Source: an uncultured Phycisphaeraceae bacterium
Lineage (GTDB): Bacteria > Planctomycetota > Phycisphaerae > Phycisphaerales > UBA1924
Direction of reading: 5' to 3'
Assembly (NCBI GenBank): GCA_942490855.1
Contig: CALNYS010000002.1
Coordinates: 92,341-156,340, forward strand
Length of the DNA stretch: 64,000 nucleotides
Position numbers and translations under genes: made by a program. Of this stretch, positions 17,205 through 25,321 are shown piece after piece. The notes under the pieces are model-generated. The model saw only the letters and a list, made by a program, of their open reading frames with translations. It did not search any database and was not told the origin of the DNA. How positions within the stretch are numbered: position 1 is the stretch's first letter; each line of letters starts with the position of its first letter.

Positions 17205-18763
17205 CAGGCCGCCTCCTCGCTGACGGCGAGCTCGTTCTCGAGCCCGTCGATGGGGATGTCTACGAAGACCGCGGGGACGCCGGCGCGGATGCATTCGACC
17301 TCGAGGGCGATCCAGTCGGAGTCGCGCTTGGTCGCGTCATCGGGGTCGATGCCGAGGGTCAGGCGCTCGTCCTGGACGCGGAGGAGATCGCCGGCGAGTT
17401 TCAGGACGGTTTGGGTTTGCCCGGCGTCGAGGTTGGCGGCGTCGATCCAGACCTCGCCGGTCCAGTCGTCGCCCAGGGCGACGTCGCAGAGCTTCACGCC
17501 GTCGCCGTCGACGAACGCGGGGACGATGCGGTCCGTGGGTTCCCACACGCTGCCGGCGGCGGCGTCAACGAGTTCGGTGAAGCGCTGGCCGATGGCGCGG
17601 GGCGGGTCGTCTTTCTTGTAGCCCTCGACGGGCGCGGGGAGGTCTTTGCAGGCGTCCTGGAGGATCTCGACGGCGCGGTCCTCGCTGTTCCCGCCGAGGC
17701 GGATGAGGGCGGGGACGGAGAGGTGCAGCTCGTTGAAGGCCTTGGCGAGCCCGTAGGCGGACCAGTACTGCTCCTGGCTGGCGACGCCCGAGCCCGAGCC
17801 GAAGTACCCGACGAGGCCGGGCTGGCTGAGGATGATGCGGGCGGCGGCGTAGACCTTCGCAGCGCTGGGGTTGCCCGAGGTGTCGGTGAAGTTGGCGGGG
17901 GTGAACCCGGCTTGTGAGACGGCGTCCATGCTCATCATGGAGCCGCCGCCGCCGGCGCCGTGGAAGCCGATGACCTTTTCGCCCGTCTCGCCGGTGCGCG
18001 GGAGGACGGCGAAGTAGAACGTGCCGCGGTGGTCGCGCTGCTCGAGGTCGTAGGCGATCTCTTCGAGGCGCGTGGGCGGGTGGTCGAGCTCGCGGGCGAT
18101 GCGGATGCCCAGCTCGGGGTGACGGAAGACGGCGTAGTCGTCGATGGTCACGCGGCAGTCGGCGGCGAGGACGCGCCCGTCGGTGGTGGTGACGAGCGGG
18201 TTGACCTCCATCGAGCGGGCTTCGACCTCGCGCGCGGTCGTGGCGATCTGCTGGATCGCTTCGGCGACGGCGGCGCGGAGGGATTCGGCGATGGGCGAGG
18301 ACGCCATGAGGGCCGTGAGCGCCGCGGCGTCGATGCCGGTCTCGCTGTCGACGGGGAGGCGGTGGACGGAGTCGGCGCGGTCTTCGATGCCCGAGCCGCC
18401 GCCGAAGGCGACGAGCATGACGGGGGCGCGCTCGCCGTCGTCGATGGTCTGGCTGACGAAGATCTCTTCGGCGATGTCGATCTTCTCTTCGACGAGGACG
18501 GTCTCGACGGGGAAGGCGCCGACGCTCATCCCGAGCAGGCGCGACGCGTGCTCGCGGGCCTGCTCCGGGGTGTCGGCGAACGCGACGCCGCCGAGCGCGG
18601 CGCGTCCGGTGGTCCAGGCCTGGATCTTGAGAACGACGGGGCCGCCGATCTCGGCAGCCGCGGCGTACGCCATGTCGGCGCTCCCGGCGACGGCGCCTCT
18701 GGGCACCGCCAGCCCGCGCTCGCGGAGGAGCTTCTTGCCCTCGTGTTCGTGCAGTCTCGCCAC
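17204..18763 (-). CDS. ATP-grasp succinyl-CoA synthetase beta-like subunit with a C-terminal extension of about 130 aa (citryl-CoA synthetase large-subunit-like)
   Basis: Proposed GTG start at 18763, preceded by GGAGAGGAGA, giving (M)ARLHEHEGKKLLRERGLAVPRG, which matches the canonical SucC N-terminus (M.LHEYQ.K). The ORF is 519 aa, compared with roughly 390 aa for typical SucC. Confidence 0.8.
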   Translation of the reverse strand: MARLHEHEGKKLLRERGLAVPRGAVAGSADMAYAAAAEIGGPVVLKIQAWTTGRAALGGVAFADTPEQAREHASRLLGMSVGAFPVETVLVEEKIDIAEEIFVSQTIDDGERAPVMLVAFGGGSGIEDRADSVHRLPVDSETGIDAAALTALMASSPIAESLRAAVAEAIQQIATTAREVEARSMEVNPLVTTTDGRVLAADCRVTIDDYAVFRHPELGIRIARELDHPPTRLEEIAYDLEQRDHRGTFYFAVLPRTGETGEKVIGFHGAGGGGSMMSMDAVSQAGFTPANFTDTSGNPSAAKVYAAARIILSQPGLVGYFGSGSGVASQEQYWSAYGLAKAFNELHLSVPALIRLGGNSEDRAVEILQDACKDLPAPVEGYKKDDPPRAIGQRFTELVDAAAGSVWEPTDRIVPAFVDGDGVKLCDVALGDDWTGEVWIDAANLDAGQTQTVLKLAGDLLRVQDERLTLGIDPDDATKRDSDWIALEVECIRAGVPAVFVDIPIDGLENELAVSEEAA

Positions 18764-18835
18764 GCCGGTCTCCTCTCCAGCGGGCGCTGGCCCGCGGATC
18801 GGCGATGGTAGTGCCCCCCTATTGGCCCGCAAGAC

Positions 18836-19687
18836 TCAGGACGCGCCGGCTTCGTGTTTCTCTGCGGTCCCGGCCCATTCGCCGGAACACACGACGGCCG
18901 TGGGGCCGGTCAGTCGGACGCGTCCGGCGGCGTCGTCCCACTCGGCCTCGAGTGTGCCGCCGGGCATGCGGACGGAGGCGAAGCGGTCGAGGCGCCCGGT
19001 GAGGACGCCCGCGACGACCACGGCGCAGGCGCCGGTGCCGCAGGCGAGGGTCATCCCCGCCCCGCGTTCCCAGGTGCGGACGGTCGCGGAGTCGCGCGCC
19101 GTGATCCGCGTCACGTGGAGGTTCATCCCCTCGGGGAAGGCTCGGTGGTTCTCGACGCGGGGGCCGACGACGCCGAGCTCGACCCCCGCGGGGTCCTCCT
19201 CGATCATCGCGACCATGTGGGGGTTGCCCATCGAGACGAAGACGGCGGGGAGCCCGGCGACCTGGTGCTCGAGCCCGAGCGTCCCCGTCTCGTCGAGCTC
19301 TGCCGCGAGGACGGGGACCTCCCCGAGCGCGACGACCGGCTCGCCCATGTCGAGACGGACGACGCCGCGCCCGAGGCGTTCGGCTTCGAGGGTGCGCCCG
19401 CCCACGTTGATGCGGAGTTGGTCGTCGCTCCAGCCGAGGGCGGCGGCGCGTTCGGCGACGCAGCGGGCGCCGTTGCCGCAGACGCCGCCGTCGCGTCCGT
19501 CGGCGTTGTAGATGGTCATGGAGACCTGGGCCCCGTGCTCGCTTGTGCGGGAGATGGCGATGACGCCGTCGGCGCCGACGCCGGTGCGCCGGTCGCACAG
19601 CGCGCGCACGATCGCCCCGCTCAGCTCGACGGGTTCGTCGAAGAGCAGGTAGTCGTTCCCGCAGCCGTGCATCTTGGTGAAGCGCAC
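18836..19687 (-). CDS. dapF: Diaminopimelate epimerase
   Basis: (M)RFTKMHGCGNDYLLFD, the catalytic-Cys motif GNGARC, and the second motif ACGTGACA. Confidence 0.92.
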   Translation of the reverse strand: MRFTKMHGCGNDYLLFDEPVELSGAIVRALCDRRTGVGADGVIAISRTSEHGAQVSMTIYNADGRDGGVCGNGARCVAERAAALGWSDDQLRINVGGRTLEAERLGRGVVRLDMGEPVVALGEVPVLAAELDETGTLGLEHQVAGLPAVFVSMGNPHMVAMIEEDPAGVELGVVGPRVENHRAFPEGMNLHVTRITARDSATVRTWERGAGMTLACGTGACAVVVAGVLTGRLDRFASVRMPGGTLEAEWDDAAGRVRLTGPTAVVCSGEWAGTAEKHEAGAS

Positions 19688-19708
19688 GGCGGGATCGTAC
19701 CGGATCGC

Positions 19709-20401
19709 TTATCGCCGGCGCTGGAACCCGAGCGCGCCGGCGAGGCCGAAGAGCGCGATCGGTCCGGGCGCGGGGAGAACGACGAAGGAGAGGTTGTCGG
19801 CGGACGCGTCGTTGAAGGCGTTCCCGTCGAGGTTGCGGAGGAACGTGAGTTCGACCACCGCTTCGCGCGCGCCGACGGGGATGAGGTCGTCGGTGGTGAA
19901 GAAGCTGAGCCCGACGGCGCTGGCGATCCCGCGGATCACGGTCCCGGTCGAGGCGCTGCCGATCTCGGACAGCGTGTTGTCGAGGAACGTGACGCTGAAC
20001 AGCGCGCCGTCGAGGTCGGCGTTCGCGGCGCCGAGCCAGCCGCTGAGCTCGAAGCTGATCTGCCCGGCGTCGATCTGCCCCGCGAGCGGGAAGAGGTTGA
20101 AGCGTTGTTCGGCGACGGAGGTGTCGGACCCGCCGCCGGTGAAGTAGTTGGCTCCTCGGGCGACCGGGCCTGGGTCGGCGATCTGGAGCGCTTCGGGCGT
20201 CGAGCCGTAGGCGGCGACGGTGAAGAGCCCGTCGGTGACGGACCAGCCGGGGATCGGGACGACCTGCCCGGAGCCGCCCGGGCCTGCTTCGGCGTTGTGA
20301 TTGTTCAGAAGGTTCTCGCCAAGGATGATCCCGCCCGGCGCCGCGGCAGCGAGCGCGCAGAGGGGAACAGCCGCAAGAACGGCGTGGGTACAGATCTTCA
20401 T
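19709..20401 (-). CDS. PEP-CTERM sorting-domain secreted protein
   Basis: The ATG at 20401 gives the signal peptide MKICTHAVLAAVPLCALAAAA. The C-terminus VLPAPGPIALFGLAGALGFQRRR shows the PEP-CTERM architecture: VPxP, a TM helix, then a basic tail. Confidence 0.8.
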   Translation of the reverse strand: MKICTHAVLAAVPLCALAAAAPGGIILGENLLNNHNAEAGPGGSGQVVPIPGWSVTDGLFTVAAYGSTPEALQIADPGPVARGANYFTGGGSDTSVAEQRFNLFPLAGQIDAGQISFELSGWLGAANADLDGALFSVTFLDNTLSEIGSASTGTVIRGIASAVGLSFFTTDDLIPVGAREAVVELTFLRNLDGNAFNDASADNLSFVVLPAPGPIALFGLAGALGFQRRR

Positions 20402-20531
20402 CTCTCGAACTCCTCCGTGGCGCCGGCGGGTGTGCAGCCCGATCGGCGTCAACTACACCATACCGCGGAAGTCGCGCCGGACCAACGCAAGAGTGCAGAG
20501 AGATTGGGTTGTGCGGTCTGTGCGGGTTGCG

Positions 20532-21398
20532 CTAGCGCCCGAGCGCCGCGATCTGCCCGGCGAGGGCGGCGTTGGATTTGACCAGCGCGATATTGGACGT
20601 GAGCGTCGCTCCGCCGGAGATCTCGTGGAGGGCGGCGAGGACCGCGGGGGTCACGGCGCGGCCGGCGGCGCCCGCGCTGTGCGCGCGCTTCGTGGCCTGC
20701 TTGAGCCACTTGGCCCAGTCGTTCTCGGGCAGCTCGTCGGTTTCTGGGACGGGGTTGCAGACGAGCACCCCCCTGCCGGTGCGGTTGGTCTCGCTGCGGC
20801 AGTAGGCGGCGAGTTCGGCGGGGTCGTCGAAGCGGGCGTCCACGCCGGCGTCGGATTCGCGGCGGTAGAAGGCGGGGAAGGAATCGGTGCGGTAGCCGAC
20901 GACGGGGACGCCCAGGGTCTCGAGGGCCTCGCGGGTGGAGACGACGTCGAGGATGGACTTCACGCCCGAAGCGACGACGGCGACGGGGAAGCGGGTGAGG
21001 GCGGTGAGGTCGGAGGAGATGTCGAGGCGCTCGGCGTAGCCGCGGTGGACGCCGCCGATGCCGCCGGTGGCGAAGACCCCCACGCCGGCCGCGGCCGCGA
21101 GTTCCATCGTGGCGCTGACGGTGGTGGCCCCCGATTGTGCGCGCGCGAGGGCGAGGCCGAGGTTGGCGGTGTTGAGTTTGGGGAGATTGTCGATCGCGAG
21201 CATCTGGGCGAGCTCGTCGTCGGTCATGCCGACGATGGGCTGGCCATCCAGGACGCCGACGAGCGCCGGGTGGGCGCCGGCGTCGGCGACGATGCGCGAG
21301 AGTTCGTGGTGGAGCGGGAGCGCGGCGTCGGCGGGGACGCCGTGGGCGAGGAGGGTGGTTTCGAGGGCGACGGAGTGTGGGGTGGTGCGGCGGAGCAT
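20532..21398 (-). CDS. psuG: Pseudouridine-5'-phosphate glycosidase
   Basis: ALETTLLAHGVP, GATTVSATMELAA, GVFATGGIGGVHRG, VVASGVKSILD: the IndA/PsuG family pattern. Confidence 0.88.
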   Translation of the reverse strand: MLRRTTPHSVALETTLLAHGVPADAALPLHHELSRIVADAGAHPALVGVLDGQPIVGMTDDELAQMLAIDNLPKLNTANLGLALARAQSGATTVSATMELAAAAGVGVFATGGIGGVHRGYAERLDISSDLTALTRFPVAVVASGVKSILDVVSTREALETLGVPVVGYRTDSFPAFYRRESDAGVDARFDDPAELAAYCRSETNRTGRGVLVCNPVPETDELPENDWAKWLKQATKRAHSAGAAGRAVTPAVLAALHEISGGATLTSNIALVKSNAALAGQIAALGR

Positions 21399-21493
21399 GG
21401 GAGAACGATAACGCAGAGATCACCGCCTGCGTCGCGTACGCGTCGATCGCGCCGCCAGCATCACGAACGTGCTGAATACAATCCTGCGTTGGT

Positions 21494-23224
21494 TTACCCC
21501 GTCCACGCCGCGAGGAGGATGGCGAGGTCAAAGGAATCGACGACGCCGTCCGCGTTGAGGTCGGCGCCACCGGCGCCGCCCCACGCATCGAGGAGGACGG
21601 CAAGGTCAGCAATGTTGACGCACCCGCTGGCGTCGAGATCCTGCGGGACCGTCTGCCCGAGTGTGGGCGAGCCGAAGACCACGTACGTTTCGCCGGCGTT
21701 CGTATTGCCGTTCGGGTCGGCGAAGGGCGCCCCGATGAGGAGGTCATCGACGCCGTCACCGTTCACGTCCCCCGCCGAGGAAACGGAGCGGCCGCTCAGA
21801 TCAAAGGTATCGACGCCGTTGAGGACGAAGCCATCGGCGCCGCTGAGCCCCGAGAGCTCGACGACACCGGAGGACCCGACGCCCGCGCCCCCAAAGACCA
21901 CGTACGTTTCGCCGGCGTTCGTGTTCGAGTCGACGGCGAGTATCCCGATGAGGAGGTCATCGACTCCGTCCGCGTTCACGTCCCCCGCCGAGGAAACGGA
22001 GCGGCCGCTCCGATCATCGGCATCGACGCCGTGGAGGACGAAACCATCGGCGCCGTTCAACCCTGAGAGCTCGACGACGCCGGAGGACCCGACGCCCGCG
22101 CCCCCGAAGACCACGTACGTTTCGCCGGCGCGATTGTTGCCGTTCGGGTCGGCGTTGTGCGCCCCGATGAGGAGGTCATCGACTCCGTCCGCGTTCACGT
22201 CCCCCGCCGAGGAGACGGAAACGCCGCTCTGATCACCGGCATCGACGCCGTTGAGGACGAAGCCGTCGGCGCCGCTGAGCCCCGAGAGCTCGACGACACC
22301 GGAGGACCCGACGCCCGCGCCCCCGAAGACCACGTACGTGTCGCCGGCGCCAGTGTTGCCGTTTGGGTCGGCAGAGTACGCCCCGATGAGGAGGTCATCG
22401 ACGCCGTCACCGTTCACGTCCCCCGCCAAGGAGACGGATAGACCGCTGAAATCACCGGCATCAACGCCGTGAAGAACGAAGCCGTCGGCGCCGCTGAGCC
22501 CCGAGAGCTCGACGACACCGGAGGACCCGACGCCCGCGCCCCCGAAGACCACGTACGTTTCGCCGGCGCGACTGGTGCCGTTCAGGTCGGCGTTGTGCGC
22601 CCCGATGAGGAGGTCATCGACTCCGTCCGCGTTCACGTCCCCCGCCGAGGAAACGGAGCGGCCGCTGAAATCCGAGAAATTAACGCCGTGAAGAACAAAG
22701 CCGTCGGCGCCGTTCAAGCCCGAGAGCTCGACGACACCGGAGGACCCGACGCCCGCGCCGCCGAAGACCACGTACGTTTCGCCGCCCGGGTCGGCGCCGA
22801 ACGCCCCGACGAGGAGGTCATCGACTCCGTCCGCGTTCACGTCCCCCGCCGAGGAGACGGAAGCGCCGCTCTGATCACCGGCATCGACGCCGCTAAGGAC
22901 GAAGCCGTCGGCGCCGCTGAGCCCCGAGAGCTCGACGACGCCGGAGGACCCGACGCCCACGCCCCCGAAGACCACGTACGTTTCGCCGGCGCGACTGTTG
23001 CCGTTCGGGTCGGCGCGATATGCCCCGATGAGGAGGTCATCGAAGCCGTCACCGTTCACGTCCCCCGCCGAGGAGACGGAGCGGCCGCTCCGATCATCGG
23101 CATCCACGCCGTTGATGGTGAAGCCGGTGAGGGCTTGGGTACGGTTCATGCAGGCGAGATCGAGGGCCTGCGCGGCGCCTGCGAGGGTGGCGAGGAGGAC
23201 GGCGGCGGGGAAGTGGGGCTTCAT
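21494..23224 (-). CDS. Secreted seven-repeat FG-GAP propeller protein with near-identical internal repeats and C-terminal double dockerin-like module
   Basis: Signal peptide MKPHFPAAVLLATLAGAAQA. Seven units of the type GETYVVFGGAGVGSSGVVELSGL(S/N)GADGFVL.GVD..D.SG.SVSSAGDVN(A/G)DGVDDLLIGA. The C-terminus is ADLAVLLDAWGGAGGADLNADGVVDSFDLAILLAAWTG. Confidence 0.88.
   Translation of the reverse strand: MKPHFPAAVLLATLAGAAQALDLACMNRTQALTGFTINGVDADDRSGRSVSSAGDVNGDGFDDLLIGAYRADPNGNSRAGETYVVFGGVGVGSSGVVELSGLSGADGFVLSGVDAGDQSGASVSSAGDVNADGVDDLLVGAFGADPGGETYVVFGGAGVGSSGVVELSGLNGADGFVLHGVNFSDFSGRSVSSAGDVNADGVDDLLIGAHNADLNGTSRAGETYVVFGGAGVGSSGVVELSGLSGADGFVLHGVDAGDFSGLSVSLAGDVNGDGVDDLLIGAYSADPNGNTGAGDTYVVFGGAGVGSSGVVELSGLSGADGFVLNGVDAGDQSGVSVSSAGDVNADGVDDLLIGAHNADPNGNNRAGETYVVFGGAGVGSSGVVELSGLNGADGFVLHGVDADDRSGRSVSSAGDVNADGVDDLLIGILAVDSNTNAGETYVVFGGAGVGSSGVVELSGLSGADGFVLNGVDTFDLSGRSVSSAGDVNGDGVDDLLIGAPFADPNGNTNAGETYVVFGSPTLGQTVPQDLDASGCVNIADLAVLLDAWGGAGGADLNADGVVDSFDLAILLAAWTG
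21675..23000. repeat. In-frame tandem DNA repeats of about 208-220 nt inside the FG-GAP gene
   Basis: The string GA(A/C)GACCACGTACGT(T/G)TCGCC recurs at about 21675, 21894, 22107, 22325, 22545, 22753 and 22967, with long flanking identity. Confidence 0.8.
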
Positions 23225-23396
23225 GATGCAGGCTCTGAGCGGAATGGACGGGACAGTGGCTCAGGCTGCAACTTAGCTAATCGCAACCCGCTATCACAGA
23301 AAAAATGCGCGATCGCCCCGTCTTTGTACCTGTGCGTTCATGCCCCTCTCGCTCGGAAAACGACCCACCAACCGAACAGCGGAGAGAAGGAACTCT

Positions 23397-24519
23397 TCAC
23401 ACGTTAAACAAGAAGTGCACCACGTCTGAGTCGTGCATGACGTAGCCCTTGCCTTCGACGCGGAGTTTGCCGACTTCGCGGATGGCTTTTTCGCTTTTGT
23501 GTTCGACGAGGTCGTCGACGCTGTAGATCTCGGCGCGGATGAAGCCTTTTTCGAAGTCGGTGTGGATGACGCCGGCGGCTTGGGGCGCGGTGGCGCCGAC
23601 GGGGATGGGCCAGGCGCGGACTTCTTTTTCGCCCGCGGTGAAGTAGGAGTGCATCCCCAGCAGCTTGTAGGCGGCGCGGGCGACGGAGTGGAGGGCAGGC
23701 TCTGAGAGGCCGACGGCCTCGAGCATCTCCAGCTTGTCGGCCTCTTCGAGTTCGGAGAGCTCGGACTCGATCTTGGCGCACACGGGGACGACTTCCATCC
23801 CTTCGGCTGCGGCGCGTTCGCGCACGGCCGTCGCGTGGGCGCCTTCGCCCAGCGCGTCGTCTTCATCGACGTTGGCGATGTAGAGGGTCTTCTTGGCGGT
23901 GATGAGGCCGAGGCTCTTGAGTGCTTTGGCGCGGTCGCCCGAGGCGTCGACCTTGCCCGAGGCGAAGCTGGGTGAGGACGGACTCGCCGGCTTCGAGGCC
24001 GGGGGTCAGGGCTTCGATGAGGGCGAGGCGGAGCTTGGCGTCGGGGTCGTTGCCGCGGGCGGCGCGCTGGGCTTTGGGGCGCGCGGTCTCGAGGGTCTGG
24101 AGGTCGGCGAGCATGAGCTCGGTCTCGATGGTCTCGATGTCGCGGATGGGGTCGACTGAGCCGTCGACGTGGGTGATGTCGTCGCCGCCGGTGTTCTCGA
24201 AGCAGCGGACGACGTGGCAGACGGCGTCCACCTCACGGATGTGGGAGAGGAACTTGTTGCCCAGGCCCTCGCCTTCGCTTGCGCCCTTGACGATGCCGGC
24301 GATGTCCACGAGCCGCATGGACGCGGGGATGATCTTCTGCGTCTTGATGAAGCTCTGGATGAGTTCGAGGCGGGGGTCGGGGACGGCGACGACGCCGACG
24401 TTGGGCTCGATGGTGGCGAAGGGGTAGTTGGCGGCGAGAGCGCCCGCGGCGGTGAGGGCGTTAAAGAGTGTGGACTTGCCGACGTTGGGCAGGCCGACGA
24501 TGCCGGCTTCAAGGGCCAT
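23397..24519 (-). pseudogene. ychF: Ribosome-binding ATPase YchF, interrupted by a +1 frameshift (pseudogene or sequence error)
   Basis: The N-terminal frame from ATG 24519 reads [23 protein letters not shown]...[10 protein letters not shown].. and runs into a stop at 23863. The rest of the protein (..[28 protein letters not shown]...[37 protein letters not shown]...HFLFNV) is in the +1 frame and ends at 23397. Confidence 0.85.
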
Positions 24520-24541
24520 AGCGGGGTCTCCGGGGGACGGT

Positions 24542-25237
24542 TCAGGGCGGGGATGGTAGCCGGTCGTCGTCGGGGAGCGGGCGCCAGCGGGCGGGGTCGC
24601 CCGCGGCGTGCGCCAGGGCCCTGCGGTAGTCGTCGAGCGGGACCTCGCGGAGCCCGAAGCGCTCGGTGTGCGGGTTGGGGATCTGGGCGTCGAAGATGGT
24701 GAAGCCGCAGGCGCGGAGGTGGCGCTGGAGGGCGACGAGGCAGGCGCTTGAGGCGCCCGTGCCGTCGAGCGGGTCGCGGGCGCCGTCGGCGCGGCGCGGG
24801 CGGGCGCGGTGGAACATGGATTCGCCGAGGAACGCGGAGCCGATGGAGACGCCGTAGATCCCGCCGACGAGCGCTTCGTCGCCGTTCTCGTCTGAGGCCC
24901 ACGCTTCGAGGGAGTGTGCGTGCCCGGCGGCGTGGAGCGCGACGCTCCACCCGGCGATTGTGCCGTCGAGCCATGCGTCCTCGGGCTCGGCGCCACGGCG
25001 CGGGCGGGCGCAGCCGCTGACGACCGCTTCGAAGGCGGTGTCGGTGCGGAACTCGAATCGGGCGCGCCGGAGGTCGCGTTCGACGCTGCGCGGGGTGTGG
25101 AAGGCGTCGTCGAGCGGGACGAGCGCGCGGGGGTCTGAGGTGTAGAAAGCGATGTCGCCGGTGCGCGGGTCGGCCATGGGGAACGCGCCGTCGGCGTACA
25201 CCTCGAGCAGCTTGGGGATCAGTCCGGGAGCGTCCAC
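24542..25237 (-). CDS. aat: Leucyl/phenylalanyl-tRNA--protein transferase
   Basis: GTG start. [50 protein letters not shown]: the Aat family pattern. Confidence 0.85.
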   Translation of the reverse strand: MDAPGLIPKLLEVYADGAFPMADPRTGDIAFYTSDPRALVPLDDAFHTPRSVERDLRRARFEFRTDTAFEAVVSGCARPRRGAEPEDAWLDGTIAGWSVALHAAGHAHSLEAWASDENGDEALVGGIYGVSIGSAFLGESMFHRARPRRADGARDPLDGTGASSACLVALQRHLRACGFTIFDAQIPNPHTERFGLREVPLDDYRRALAHAAGDPARWRPLPDDDRLPSPP

Positions 25238-25255
25238 GCGCCGATCCTACCGCGC

Positions 25256-25289
25256 GGAAAAAAAGCCCCGCCGGTCAACGGCGGGGCTT
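25256..25289 (-). terminator. Rho-independent terminator downstream of the PQQ-dehydrogenase gene
   Basis: Perfect 11-bp stem AAGCCCCGCCG/CGGCGGGGCTT with a 5-nt loop, followed on the minus strand by a T7 run. Confidence 0.85.
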
Positions 25290-25321
25290 GGGGTCTGCGT
25301 GACAGATGGTGCGGTTGGGGG

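Noticed and set aside
21494-23224. Regularly spaced repeats that could superficially suggest a CRISPR array.
   Set aside because: The period is about 210-220 nt, the 'spacers' are themselves conserved, and everything is in frame within a signal-peptide FG-GAP protein. No cas genes are nearby.
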